A stretch of DNA of 63,916 nt, the filler included, from Lenisia limosa (Eukaryota > Protista > Breviatea), in assembly GCA_001655205.1 (NCBI GenBank). It is 9 parts of 9 records of this genome, joined end to end, with 100 filler letters (N's around TTAATTAATTAA, not from the genome) between each part and the next. Parts side by side here need not be neighbours in the genome. Positions count along the whole stretch, not along the records: positions 21,215 to 23,266 come from LPNZ01007082.1; positions 23,367 to 24,714 come from LPNZ01000745.1; positions 24,815 to 45,993 come from LPNZ01011241.1; 6 more parts are not named here. The stretch is one strand, 5' to 3'. Both the position numbers and the translations under genes were made by a program. The notes below the pieces were generated by a model that saw only the letters and a program-made list of their open reading frames with translations, made no database searches and was not told the DNA's origin. Each line of letters opens with the position of its first letter. Position 1 is the first letter of the stretch. Shown one piece after another: positions 23,058-37,105 of this stretch.

Positions 23058-23135
23058 TAGGGCTTCACTTCGTTTCGAAAAAAATTGATTAAATATCGAT
23101 AGTTTTCGAGGATTTATCGACGAAGTGAAGCCCTA
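23058..23135. mobile_element. MITE family R1 (TA-flanked, GGGCTTCACTTCG TIR), representative copy
   Basis: TA|GGGCTTCACTTCG...CGAAGTGAAGCCC|TA with a 13-bp perfect TIR. Related copies at 46128-46217, 48282-48373, 48774-48872, 50337-50432, 53369-53455 and 53914-54011; partial ones near 6050, 11310, 21241, 35540, 46970, 47680, 49312, 52300 and 56557. Confidence 0.85.
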
Positions 23136-23464
23136 CATATAACCATTGGGTTGTTATACCCTATTATAATACCCTATTATTTCTTCATGCTATTAGGTTG
23201 CCATACCCGTGAGGGAGCCTCCAACCCGCACCCAAATGTTCGACTTACTCCTTGCTGAAGGTGGGGNNNNNNNNNNNNNNNNNNNNNNNNNNNNNNNNNN
23301 NNNNNNNNNNTTAATTAATTAANNNNNNNNNNNNNNNNNNNNNNNNNNNNNNNNNNNNNNNNNNNNGATAATATAATAATTTCACTGAGTTGATTTTTTT
23401 TGTTTTTGTTGTTGTTCATAAATTGTCCATTTTTACAGTTTCCCATTTTACTCCCCTCCCCCCT

Positions 23465-24590
23465 CCAGAAGATGACGATTCTGAAGATGATGTTCTCAAT
23501 GCCTCCCAAGGCAGACGGCTTCTGGCCGGGTGAGCAATGTTGACTAATTCCGCTCAAGTGAGTGGGAATTGGAGAGAAATTGAAAAGTCGAGATTTCCAA
23601 GTGGTTGGAAGAAATATGAAAACTACTTGACACATTCTAATATGTACAAGGATTCGACCCACTTCCGAATTATCCATAGGAGGGAGAGGGGAAACATTCA
23701 TAAAGGTGTAATACATTCTCTAGCAGAAAGCGCATCAACTTGGGTTTAAGATTCCCAGAGGCTTTATCAGATTTCCATTATAATTCCTCAGGCACTCTGG
23801 AAGTTACCTATCGCCAGGACGTCCACTCAGGTTTTATTAAGGTTGTATTTTGTATTGGATGTATCAAAGGAACGACATGGCTCGAATTCGATCGTAATTA
23901 CTGGCTCTTGATGTGAGGAAGGATGTTAAAGGTACCCTCTGATTCACAATACAAATAATATACATTATATACAGTACGTGAGATAAGTAATTGCACTAAG
24001 TTTGTGTAACTTTTCGCAATTTCATTCATTTTGAGTGAAAAAAAAACGGCATTATGCACAAAAAATAGTTTTTTTTTTTTCAACTGGTTCGATAAATCAA
24101 TGCAAACTGAGCCAAATACGCAGGGTGTATTTTACAATTGAATCAAGGTCTGAGATGGGACGGTTGGGATTTCCTTGAGAGTGTTTGGGAATCCCAAATT
24201 TATTCAGATTTCAAAAAAAAAAATCCCCGGGAACCATGTAAACTGGACCCATCTTTTTCATAAGTCCCAAGTCAAAGCGTTGGTGAAGACGCAGGGTTCA
24301 GATGTGGGGTCGTAGAGCTGGATCAGCTGGCTAAAATCATAAAGATGCAGGAAAAGCTTGAATACAGCCAAGACAAGACGGTAATACCCTTCGGGGGTCG
24401 ACGGGATTGATTTCTAATTACATAGAATTCTGTTTATTAGAGCTCCAGGCAATATTAGTTTGTTGATATGTGTTGATATTATAATATTTAATTAATATTG
24501 CCGTTATAGAGGATAAACGGTGGAAAATGTCAAAACGACCAATCAGCATTGTTATTATGCATTAAATAAGGCACTACCAGGACTTTTTAA
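23465..24590 (+). CDS. Internal exons of an unidentified gene
   Basis: EDDDSEDDVLNASQGRRLLA, EALSDFHYNSSGTLEVTYRQDVHS, ELDQLAKIIKMQEKLEYSQDKT and VENVKTTNQHCYYALNKALPGLFK, each with GT/AG-like ends. Confidence 0.45.
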
Positions 24591-24841
24591 GGTCAGTTTT
24601 CTTTCCCTTCAAAGCGAGCTTCAACTGGTCCTTCTGGTACCACGTGGAACTGCCCTGTCTAACGGTCACACTAGCAAGCTTCTTTGCTACCACGCTATCA
24701 ATGACAGAAGGTGANNNNNNNNNNNNNNNNNNNNNNNNNNNNNNNNNNNNNNNNNNNNTTAATTAATTAANNNNNNNNNNNNNNNNNNNNNNNNNNNNNN
24801 NNNNNNNNNNNNNNCTCTTTCACGACCCCCCCCCCCTCACA

Positions 24842-27800
24842 GCTTGGATTCCTCCAACTCAACGATGTTCAAGGAATTAACATATACTCTGCCTTCCATT
24901 CCAGCCTCATGGAGCGTACGTTTGACCCATTCTCTATCCGTCTAGTCCCCACGGGGGCAGCTGAAGTGGGGGGGGGGTGACTATCGCGCTTCGTTTTTTA
25001 TTGCTTTTAAGCAAAAAAAAAACCAATCATATTATCTTGTTGCAGTACTTCTTTTTTTGGATCGTCCTTTTTTTGAGTAGAATTTTCTCCTGTTTAACTT
25101 CACCCACCACTAGTTTGTGTTATCCGACGGGTCGTCCCATTTTGAAGAGGTGGGGTGGACGTTACACCTTTGAATGCCGTACAGCCTTTCAAGCTCGAGA
25201 ATTTCAACATTGGAACTGAACTGACCCACTGTAGAATTCTTTAACCTTCGACATAATGAAAGAAATGTCTGAGAAGGCACGGCAAGTGGCTCTCAAAATG
25301 GACCTGGCAACATTCAAGTTGGCGGCTCAGTTTTATCGTGTTCTTAGGACATAGTATCTTGAGCTCTTTCAAATCACCTGGGGCTCCAACAACCATAAAC
25401 TAATCCCCTTCAGACGCACTTTGGCCCAACAGACGTCCAATAATTCTGAGACAACCAACATTGCCATTTTCGTCATCTTCTTGGCAGCAATGACAATGAC
25501 CGCTTTGGGCATGTCACAGTCCGATGATCCCCTCAACACTAGTGCAGATTCTCAGTGCGTACGGCTTTCAAAAGATCAGGCAATCCACCATTAACATTGT
25601 AGATACAGCGCAGCCATGCAGTTCATTCAACGTCTCATCGTCGCAATAATCTCTATACTCTCCATTATGGTCAGGCAAAAGTCAGCCTTCCTGTCCATTG
25701 TTTTTTCAGGCATAGCCATTTGTAAGCTGGTGGCTATTGATTTCTGAATTTCAATATCCAAAACAACTCTCGATAGTCGGTCTCTTTATCGAAATGGGAC
25801 GTCTTTTCGCTCACGACTCTCAGGTATCACATCAGTGGTTTTGGTCATCTACCCCTTACCTTATGTTGTCAATGACTTTCTCTTCATCGTTCTCACAATG
25901 TTCTCTCTTACTGGTTTGTTGACATTGGAATTTTGCAGTTTTTTTGTGTGTGACTTGGAATACCGTTCTTCAAATGCCACTAGCGTTTTGACAATTCAGG
26001 GAGTGGGGCCACATTTACATCGGCGCTATTCCTCTGGATGACTGCACTCACGTCCATGCTGACTTGTTCTGTAATATGGGGCTCCGAAGGCTCAGCCAAC
26101 AACATCATCATCACCATTTTCTGTCTTGTTGTACTTGGTATGAGAGGAAGGGGCTTTCTGTCGTTGTTGCCTTGAACACGTGTCACTCTTCAGGTGCCAC
26201 AACTAGTGTAAACATTGCTGACAAGTTGCGAATGATGACACGAACTGTGATTCTCAGTCGCTGGGCTTTGGAAGAGGAGGACAAGTCTGACGCCGTGCTC
26301 TCCGCAATCATACCGGAGGAAATAGTCCAAATCCTTATGCGTCTGCTGGAGTAAAACAACGGGATTATTTTTATCTTGATGAGACTTACAGTATAGAAAT
26401 CAACATTAGCGACTCGTCAAAGGTGGTGAGCGTTGCTGAGAGTTACCATGAAACCTCGGTACTCTTCTGTGTTCTTTGGTATGCAAATTGAGCCCAAATA
26501 AATGAATAGGATATACACAGGTATTTTGCGGAATAAATGATAACAAGAAGATGATAAATGATGACTCAATAAAAAGTGGCTGGTTTCTGGATGATAATTG
26601 ATTTGTGTTTTCCCCGTTTTCCATATTTGTACAGTCGCGGCTGACTCCCCCTTCAGTGGTTTCAATGATTTATTGGACTCTCTTGGAAGCCACGAAGCAG
26701 TGGTTATTCTCAACGATGTTTTCAATATGTTTGACAGGATTGTCCAGCGGCATAAGGTGTACAAGGTCTGAAACAAAAGGCATACGGCAACGTGTAATTC
26801 CGAATTCGTCTTGCTCACGCCACAGGTTGAAAGCGTGGGGTCAGTTTTCATGTTGTCAAGTGGAGTGCCGACACGCCATGCACTCCATGCTCAAGCGTGC
26901 ACTGATGCTGCCCTCGACATGCTGAAGGTGCGAATATGGGGCAAATGTTTGTTTCACATCCGTTCAATAAGTACTTATTTTATCGCATTTGTCAACTGAT
27001 TCTCTTAGACAGTGGAGGAGGATCCAACAACTAGTCGGCACCAAGTTAAGCTGCAGATCGGCATCAACTCCGGCCCTGTAGTTGCAGGCATTTTGGGTCG
27101 CACCACGTTCCACTTCACACTGGTCGGGTCAACAGTCAACGTCGCGTCTCGCATGATGTCCAAGGGACTACCCGGCAAAATCCAGGTACAGCGGTGATTT
27201 GTTGGACTAAGGGGTTGGGATGTTTCAGCTCCTCAGTATTGTCCTAGGGTGTTTCATGAAACAATAGCAGTGTTACCTCTTTGGGAGTTTACCCGTGTAG
27301 ATTCCTGAAAAGACCAAGATGGCCCTCGAGAACAACGGATATATCATTAAGGAGCGAGGATTGGTGGAGCTCAAGGTAAAGAGGAATAAATAACTGTACT
27401 GCTTGTTAAGGATGTCTTTTGACTCCTCATTGTTTTAGGGAGTTGGAGAGACAATGTGTTACTTCGTTGAGGGCAAAACAGGCATTATTTGCAGTGAGCT
27501 GTTGTTTATTTCATATACTTGGTGTGACATTGGACATTTGCGCTTATAATGTTCAGAATGGAAGCACCCAGCCAAGAATGACACTGAGGATGTGTACTCT
27601 GTTTTGGGACAAAACTCGAAGGTGAGCCTGTCTTTTGCAATTTCTTGTTCGCACCATGCTAACTCAGTAGGAAATGTCGGAGTCTGTGGAAGGGATGATT
27701 AACAATGGGCGTGCACCTGGTAAGTTATTCTAAAAGACAAACGCAGTGCTCTGATCTACTCATCTGCTAATTTAGTGACATTTGCCATTTGATAACTTCT

Positions 27801-30800
27801 TAGCTTCATCCTTCATTTGCATTATTATTCCCTTCATACAAGCCATAACCACACAGGCCTGCCAGTCCCAACACAGCGCAGCCGTGGCCGCCGAAAGGCT
27901 GTAGGCTCCCTCATGCAGAACATGACCGCCCTGACTCAATTGGCCGAAATCCAGGTGCGTGTCCTTGAGTTTTCTTGTAATTAGCAATTAGGGTAGTAAC
28001 GTGACACACCTCCAAAATCTGGAGTACTCGCCTCGGGGCATGACGTCACGCCAAAACACCCTGAATTCAAGCACGGTGTCCTCACTCACTGATGAAAGAA
28101 AACCTCTCAATCAGAAGTTCAAAGTACGCCCAACTCTCAGTTGTTTGCGCTGTGTTTCATGTTTGGCTAACAGGTTGCCAATTTTCCAAATGAATAAATG
28201 ATCAATGATCCCATAACTCCGCTCAGGATAAACGACCAGTGACCCCCGAGCAAACTGGCCTAACCTTTGCGACCGAAGCGTCTTCTCCTTTCTGGCTGAC
28301 ATTCACGTACGATTCTGTCATGCTAATCAAGTCTTCACTTCCTTCTTGATACTAGATGATATTACTTTTGATGTGGGATTTTTTTGATTTACCCCTTTAG
28401 TCCCGAGTATCGAGCTGAGGAAAAAGCCTTCCGTCGGCGTGACACCGCATCCTCGCACTCCATCATGGCGGCCCTGGCCTGGGTCTCTATGCCGTATAGT
28501 CTCTATCTGGCCCTGAGTTACAGTGAAACCCTACTGGCAGGAATTGCCTGGGGGTCCTTCATCGCCGCCTTTGCCATTATCATTGAAATGGTTTGAGTGG
28601 TATATAAGTATGAGCAACAGCATTCAAACATTCTCCATCCAGTAGTATTATTTCACTGCAATACAAAATGCCCGAATCAGTATGGCGGACCTCCTGAATT
28701 TACCGAATAGATGGTGTCAAACTCCATCACGATTTCTGCACAGTCTCGCATCATCTGCATCTTCTTATTAGGGCTTACTTTTGACATTTCTTCTGTGACT
28801 CTTGCGCATAACAAGCTGATTGGTATGGCGTGCGATTGTCATTATGTCATACAGCTTTAGAACAGTCCCAATATAGTAATTATATCATATTTCACTATGA
28901 AGTAAAAGTCAAAGCATATGATGTGACCCAAAAGGTGACGTTCATTGGGCCAACTACCTCGGGATCCGTTGTCTTCTCAGCTGGATAGTTACAATGTACA
29001 GCAATTTGCCGTTTGCGATGCAGTTTCCCTTAGAGGTTTTTTCGATCGCTGCGAGTGTCTATGGTGGACATGAAGCAAACCTGGGTGGGTCATTTTGATC
29101 GGCAATGAATGTTGAGGTGTAAAGTTGTAGATAATCTGTTCTGTGATACGAGTACTTATATTCTCCCCTATTGAGCTGACAGTTCTAACTCTATAGAAAT
29201 GGAGTCTGTCATTGCTCGAAACGTCGTGTTGTTCATTGTAGCGGCTGTCGGACTGATTTGCTGTCATAGGTATGTAGGTGTTCCCAATGACGATGCAATT
29301 TCGCTTCCCAAATAACTGAAATTCTCCATAAATCCTCAATAATCGATGTTCACAACTCGTCTTTTCGTAGAGCAATTTTGTCCAAACAATTTGATTGGTA
29401 ATTGTGACAATTGAGGTGGGAGAGGCTTCGACGACAGGTATTTTGGCAGCTTCGCGAGGCCCTTCAACACCGAGAGCACACTACCACTGTTTTGTCCAAT
29501 CTGGTGCCTTCCTGCACAATTGCTGCTCTTTTGGAAGGTTGGTTTGCAAATTAGTCAGTATCAAATTTTTTAAAGACAGTAATGATTATTCGGAAGTGGA
29601 TGATATACATACATTACGGTTTCACTTCTCCCAACTCATCAAACAGGGCAAAGAGCTGTGGTAGAGACGTATAAAACAGCAACCGTGCTGCAGGTAATCA
29701 GAACTACCAATTGATTATCATGATGCAAGATGTAATCATGACGCTTAAATGTTCCAAACAGGAGTGGAAGAATTATACCCCCTTCTAACTATGTCAGTCC
29801 GATCTTGTTGGCTTCACCCGAATGTGCAGTACCATGGAGCCTGGTGGGTACTGGGGTACAGAATTATGAAGACTCTAATGTTGATTTGTGATAATGCTGA
29901 ATCATGATCCCCCTCTGTCAATAGCTTAGTAATTTGGGATATAACTCGTCCAGCTGACATTTTCGAAACGCTGACGGCGATTTATGGAGATTTTGATGCT
30001 CTTGCCACTCTCTACAATGTGTTTAAGGTGTATACCATTGGTGTGTGGTGACAACTATTTCCCTTCACTATCCTGTTAGCATATTCCATCATCGAGGGAT
30101 TGCAGTATTGGGTCCTGACCTTTAGGTGATGCCTACGTTGCTGTTGCCGGTATCCCGAAGACTGCGCCCAAACATGCTTATGCTGTTGTGAGCCTTGCAA
30201 CTGCCATCATCGATGTGGGCGTAGATGGTTGCTTGTATCCAGTGAAAATTTATTTCACCCCGTGCCGCGGTCCTGACCATATAGACCCTCCGTGTATGGC
30301 GAGAGAACAATCCCACTGGACCCAACGTGTCGATGCGGGTCGGTGTGGCCACCGGGCCAATCATCGGCGGAGTCTTGGGTCTCGCCACCCCCAGGTATGC
30401 TACTGATTATGTTGGAAATATTGGGTATTGCATGAATCCAGGAACGTTATTGACTCCACTAGATTCCTTATTTTTGGAGATGCCATGACAAGAGCAGAAA
30501 AAATGGAGCAAACTGGTTAGCAACTACTAACAGGGCTATAAAACGCAATTCCAGCCTCACACCTTCAGGCATCCCTTGGCACCTGCACTCAGACCGAGCC
30601 ACTATTGATGACCTAGCCATCCAGGTTTGCCCCGTTTTAACACCTCTTTATGACCTTAGGCGTCTTTCTCTGTGACACGCCGCGCGGATTTGTCTCACAA
30701 GGAAAAAGAAACGATCGGAGTGGGTTTTGTCGTGATATTTAAACTAGAAACTAATAATTAACTTTGTTGTATGTACGGCTTTGGTCAGATACAACTTTCT

Positions 30801-31580
30801 CATTTTATAACTTTTTATGCATTGATCGGGCCTAACAAGACAGGAGGCTAGCTTCTTGATCACCTCTAAGACCCATCAAATGCATGAGGCCACCCAGCCA
30901 ATGCCAATACTGAGTCGTGAGGGGGCAACAGAACGGATATGATATCTGGGATATGCGGTGATGCATGCAAACATTTCTTTGAAACACAACACTGCAAATT
31001 CATATTCTTCAGCGAAACGACCGATTACTCCGGTCATCCAAATCGTAGATCCCACCGCAAGAATGAGAGCAGGTTGGCCCCACTCCCCGTTTTTTTTTTT
31101 TTTTTTTTTTTTTTNNNNNNNNNNNNNNNNNNNNNNNNNNNNNNNNNNNNNNNNNNNNNNNNNNNNNNNNNNNNNNNNNNNNNNNNNNNNNNNNNNNNNN
31201 NNNNNNNNNNNNNNNNNNNNNNNNNNNNNNNNNNNNNNNNNNNNNNNNNNNNNNNNNTTCTAATGTACGCTTGTTGCAAGTGTTCTGGATGATTTGTTCT
31301 AACAGTATCTTAACTTTGTGTGTAAGATAGCTTGGGATTGAACCTCTCAAATTGGCTTTCCCCCTGATCTATGCCCAGGAGCTCACCCTTCCTCCCGACT
31401 TCATCCCAGGCGGTATTGTCACCCCAATCGTCACTCCTCTCACCGGTGAGAAGCCCAAACTTTCAGGCATAGTATATCAAAGGGTCCAATTGACTGTTTT
31501 TTTCACCCCCCCCCCCAGGTTCTGATATGGACTGGATCGACTACGCATTGAAGAGAGGTTTCAGTGACTGTGAGGAGTAA
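24842..31580 (+). CDS. Multi-pass class III nucleotide cyclase with two catalytic domains (TM-C-TM-C), 5'-partial
   Basis: Domain 1: EEEDKSDAVLSAIIP, SVLFCV, LNDVFNMFD, KVESVGSVFM, IGINSGPVVAGILG, GSTVNVASRM. Domain 2: SDLVGFT, YGDFD, KVYTIG|DAYVAVAG, MRVGVATGPIIGGVLG, FGDAMTRAEKM. Hydrophobic exons precede each domain; stop 31578-31580. Confidence 0.88.
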
Positions 31581-31812
31581 ACTGTCATCTTCTGAGTAGC
31601 TTGCACATATTATTTAATTTTTCGTATGTATTTTCCGCATCCATTATGTATTTAGTATTATTACCTCAACTGTTTGGATTCCCAACTCATGATTTGAGAG
31701 GCATTTCTCGCACAGAAATCAATGATAAGATAAAGAACAACAAACAACAAGTTCACCAGCCGGAGCAGTAGGGGTGAACTGTCCAAACGAAACCACCTGT
31801 CCAGAACACAGG

Positions 31813-34690
31813 TCAACAGCGGCGTTTTGATGAAGAACCATGAAGATACTCTCTCACCACATCATGCCGATTGCCAAGGGTCAGGTCAAAGGGTGGTCTG
31901 GGGGGGGGGGGNNNNNNNNNNNNNNNNNNNNNNNNNNNNNNNNNNNNNNNNNNNNNNNNNNNNNNNNNNNNNNNNNNNNNNNNNNNNNNNNNNNNNNNNN
32001 NNNNNNNNNNNNNNNNCCTGAAATTTTTTTTGTAACCCCCAAACAAAGCCACTTCGTAGCTCTTAGCGTGCTGCATGATGTTGAAAACTCTGTTATTGGG
32101 AGGCAAATGGGAAAGAAGAATATACTTAACGTTCCTGAAGCCGTTTTCAAGGTCAAGAGACTAAACTGTAAAACGCAGGAGAGACGAAGTTCAGAGATGT
32201 TGCTTATGTGCTACGGTCCCAAAAAAAGTGAATATTTCGATAAATCCTCAATAGATATCTCTTTTTCGGACCATAAGGAAGCCCTACTTATTTATGCCTC
32301 CCCCCACCCTGCGCATGAAATCCGCGCCTGAGACTGAGGCGTTGACTGTTGTGCCTTCAGGGTTGAACACACCCATTTGGTTCATCCCGGCCCGGCCAAT
32401 CATGACTCCTTGACACCCTGTTGCATGAGAAGTCACTTGCTTCGGCGTACCGGATTCCTCGATCCATTTCGAGCCGTCTTCATAAGACGTCACGTCACCG
32501 TTGGCGATAATCGGAATATTTACTGCTCGCACCAGCTCTGGCAGCCATTCCCTCCGAGCCTCTGTCTAAATTGAGTTATAATGGGTTCAAATGCACGTAC
32601 ACCAGCTTTGTCTCTTAATTATTTCTCCAAATGTCAATAAACGTTTGTTCAAAGAAAGCAAAGCACCACCAACTTGTAATCAATAGCATTATATGTGATA
32701 CCTTGATTGGAAAACTCACCTTCTTCGGCCTGTCGTTGGGGAATCTGCAGTGAACCCCGATAGAGTGAGCTCCTGCACTTTCCGCTGCCTTGCAGAGCGC
32801 TATCGTACCGTCTAACTAAAATCGTAATCGAGGGTCTAACCCCTAATTCATAGGGGACATCACTACACAAGAGCTTCCTCAGTACAAAACCACCCAAAAC
32901 TATATGACATGCAGCAACGACCACCAATCAAGCCCATGCCAGGCAATGCCTACATCTTTCCGGAGAAGTCTGATTTTACAGGAGACCGGAACGGGTAGGT
33001 TGCGACGCAAAGTGGATATTATCTACAAAATTACCAATGGAGCCAGAGGGTTTTGGGCTAATGTTCATAAGAAATCCAGACATACGTCAAAAATCTTCTC
33101 AGGTTTCTCGAGAAGTGCTTGTCCCATTCCACCCTAAGAAGTGAAAGACCAGTCATATCCAGAAACAATGCCGATTAAATGCTCAAATGTAAAAACTAGG
33201 ATCCGCCTCCTCCAGCTTGTAAACAGCCCCCCACTGATGTCGAGAACTTCACGGGGCATCCGCAGTTCAAGTCCACGGCTGAAAAGTCCCGCGCTCTACG
33301 GTGTAAGAAAACGCAACTCAATATTTGCCATAAGTCATTCACAGTATTTCTTGAAACCTTCACCCAAGTGTAACTTTTTCCTTCCCAGCATACGCCACGC
33401 TCGCACCAGCCAGGGCTAAGGAGTTAATGGAGAGTGGGAGGAATGGTTGATTTCTCACATGAAATATTGATGACTAAGCACAACAAAGCCTCCACCCTAT
33501 CCCGCACACCATCCTCAGCTGACGCAGCGCCGATTTGAAGGACCACGCGATTCTCATCCGGAGAGGTGCGAAGCGTCGTCACGGGATACTCCTGCCAGGG
33601 ATGCGTCATCAAATGCATAAAAAGCTTGACAAATATTATCCACTTCATTTTGAAATAACCAATTTTTGATAATATTGATAGTAGCTCCCTTCCCCTCGAA
33701 AAAAGTCAATAATAATACAGTCTGTTCGGGACTAAAGATGAAGATTGACCTGGAGTTATTTGATGTTCACTCAGAAACCTGCACACTTTTGACGTTCTAC
33801 CGTTTGCAACAGCATTGTGGTGCTTCAAGTACGTATCAATCTGAAATGTTGACCATTACGCTATATTTTTTACCCTCAAAGAGATATCGATACTTGAATA
33901 CTCATTCAGACCACCTCTGGGCATCAAAAGGAAATCAGCGGTGGAACTAGCAAATTAAAAGTAAAACGCACATCCCCAACCTGGTCTGGGGCCACGAAAT
34001 CCACAGTTGCAAGCCTTTCATTGACAAATCTCTTGCAAGACGCCAAACGAATGGAAACAGTCTAATCAGTGAAGTGAAGGGGGCAGGACACACGGAATAA
34101 AGTTGAGAGATTGTTTCCAAAGATCCCAAAAAGTATGAAAATGAGCCAACCTCTTCTGTGTAGGCTACATCACAGCCATAGTCTTGAGCAACCAGGCGAT
34201 AAGGCAAAGTACCTAAAAGAGTGTAATTGGCTGTAGTGCTGAAGACGGCTGAATTGTTGCCACGGATTGCGAAATACTCCGACAAGAAAATATCACATAC
34301 CACTTTGAAATACAATACAATACAAATCCAATACCAAAAGAAAACATTAAATAGTGATGTATAGCGGAATAAATCTGACAAATTATTGACTAAAGGGGTA
34401 CTGTTTCCCAATCTGAAGCGAAACAAATCACAGGATTTGAAAAAAAACCCCATAACAATTGGAAAAATCACATTAAAATGAATAATCTTTGATTCATTAT
34501 AAACTTCACTGCAACATCGAACCGGCCTACTGATTCTGACCATCGGAGCCAGGACGCGGTCGTTCTTCTTGAAGGTGAATGTCGTGTCAAAGTCCCTCGT
34601 CCGCAGGGGGTGTCTGGCGGGGAAGGCCTCGTCAAATGGCACATTGCTCTCCTCAATTGCTATTGTGTCCATTGCGCTGCTTGTAGTCAT
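31813..34690 (-). CDS. DUS2: tRNA-dihydrouridine(20) synthase 2
   Basis: VLAPMVRI|GTLPYRLVAQDYGCDVAYTEE, RLASCKRFVNERLATVDFVAPD, RVVLQIG, DLNCGCPVKFSTS, IPIIANGD, GVMIGRA. Confidence 0.9.
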
Positions 34691-34990
34691 TGTTGGGGCG
34701 TAGTGGCTACGATGCTCAAGAGATGCGCAGCTGGTGTGGCTCAAATATGTAGTCAATGCTTACTTAGCCCATAAAAATGTGTATATATTTTTATTTTAGT
34801 CACTTTAAGAATGGATAGGCTAGCAAAGAATGGATAGGCTAGCAAAGTGAAGTTTGCACTGGTACAACTTCAAAACCAAGCCAAGCAGTTTATCACAAGA
34901 CTTGCACCACTTGCTATTCCCCAGCTATTCCCTATCGCTTAATAAGAAACTGTAGCTGTGTATAAGATATTCCGAGGACCCCGTTCAGAA

Positions 34991-37010
34991 ATGAAGGCCT
35001 TGTTCTTGGCCAGCGCATTCCTGGTGGTCATCTCTATCATCTCGGCAACGAAGGTTTTGGAGGAGTTCTCTTCTCTCAATATAGCACAATATTCCGAGAC
35101 CATGGGTTTTGGTGGCGAGCTTGTCACGAATGGTAACTTCGAAGATGGTAGGCTGGTCCTGTTACCTGTTCGTTTGTTGCACAGCTGTTTTTGAAGCTAT
35201 CTATCTATCAAGATCAAAGCATGATGGATTCATTGTATAGCGTCTCAAATTACTGAAGAGGAATATTTTGTATTGGACAGGTTAAAATGTTAAAATCTAT
35301 GATACAAACAATTCCATTTTGTCAAGGAAAATCCAGACTTAGATTGATATATGATTTCCTTGCTGCATTTATTGATTTGATCAGGGTTAAATAACTGGGC
35401 CATTCCTAGTTCCTCAGATGGATGCACAGCGACTATTGTTACAAATTCTAACTTTAAAAGTGGTGGGTACCGCCGCCGGGTCCTCCTCTCTGGTTCCAGG
35501 TATAAAAGAGAAGGTGGAATCGGAGTTATTAGCCATCCTTGTTACGTTCAAACTCAGATTTTGGGGATCCTCGAAAACTATCGATATTACAACACAGCAT
35601 TTCTGTTAATCATCCGCTATGTAAATATCACATGTGTTGTACCAACGTATTTTCATTCAGTAGCCTTGAGCTTTACTGCTCCGGATCAGGAGAATGTCAC
35701 TATTCTGGTAACTGCAGACACTCTTGTTGATGTTGCTGATAAGGTGAGTCATAATAGAGAAATTAATCATGACCTTGCCAACTGTCTGTAATTTTCACTT
35801 CTCATACTTTTTCGAGATTGGTTTGTTATCTCATACAAAACAAATTATGTTCATCATTACAGACTGTAGACCCCTACTATCTACGAGTGCGTTTGGCTGT
35901 TGATTGTGAAGACGGATCAAATGATCAAATTCGACCCAACTTCATCAGGGATTCAGTTTTATCATGTGGGTGTTTGAGTATTTTAACTGTTTAATTCCAA
36001 GCATACATACGTATTATACCGTTCAACCTGTTGAACTATGTTGAGATGACAGTACCTCCTGAATTTGATAGGAATTAAGAGCCATGAAGAAGCCATCGTC
36101 CATCACCGTGTGGGTCACTATCGACAAGGCTCTTGGATCCTTCTATATCGACAATCTGTCCGTCCAAATGGGTATGTGGCGGAGTGATTGTGACTTTTTC
36201 AGCATTTAGTCCCGGTGGACGTGCAGGTCCGTTGCAAGGACACTCTTCTGTTAGTATCGGTGGGCGGATTGCCTTCTATAGGTTGAAACATCAAATAACT
36301 GTGAACTTGCTGATCACCATTTTCTGTTCACATTACAATTCAGCTGCTGGTGAAGTTCCGACGGAGTCAAATGCGGTGGCGTCAGTCACTTCTCTTAATA
36401 ATGAGTTCCAAATGTAGTTCTCTTCAGGTTTTGTCAACCGTTTAGATCTACTGATCCCTTAGGCGGTCATGTTGTTGGCATCGTGTCACTGAATGATGGC
36501 GTCAACCTGGCCAATTGTGAGGCAACGTATGAGTCATGACGGTTTGCATATCGTTTTTTTATCCAAATGAGACTTTTATATATCATATAGTATGTCACAT
36601 GAGAAATCTTCAGTCACTTTCGCCCCTGTCGTTACCGAGGTATTGCACGGCAAATGGTGTTATAGTTCATTTCAATACCATAAGCCATGCATACCCTTCC
36701 CCTTCAACGCTGTAACCTCCACGAAGAGCACCCCCACCAAGCGCAGGGTATGTTGGAATGTGCAATTGTTTGTATTTCTGTCATTATTCATGCAGATTTT
36801 TTGTGGATGGTCAGTATGTCCATAACAATGTTTTGCCCTGATGTTTGACATTACAGAGGACCGGCAAGACATGCACCGCCTGCAAGACTGCCCCCTCCAG
36901 GTGGGAACCGTCTTGTCGATTAACCTTTGACCCCCTTGTAAAGGTACACTGAAATGATATTGTAGGTCCTATGCCTCGAGGCCCCCCACCCTCAAGGCGG
37001 CGGTAAACGA
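34991..37010 (+). CDS. Secreted protein, possibly with a carbohydrate-binding (CBM-like) N-terminal module; 3' end uncertain
   Basis: Signal peptide MKALFLASAFLVVISIISA, then ELVTNGNFED (resembles CBM4/9-type starts) and multiple further exons. Confidence 0.5.
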
Positions 37011-37105
37011 TTCTTTTGGGTTTTTCTTCATGTTATGTATTGATGGGTTCCTCTATCCTCTGACAATACTAATATACATCCATAATACACTTTAAACTAC
37101 CATGC

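Noticed and set aside
33947-34756. 269-aa ORF from the ORF track
   Set aside because: Read-through of DUS2 exons and introns, not a single-exon gene.
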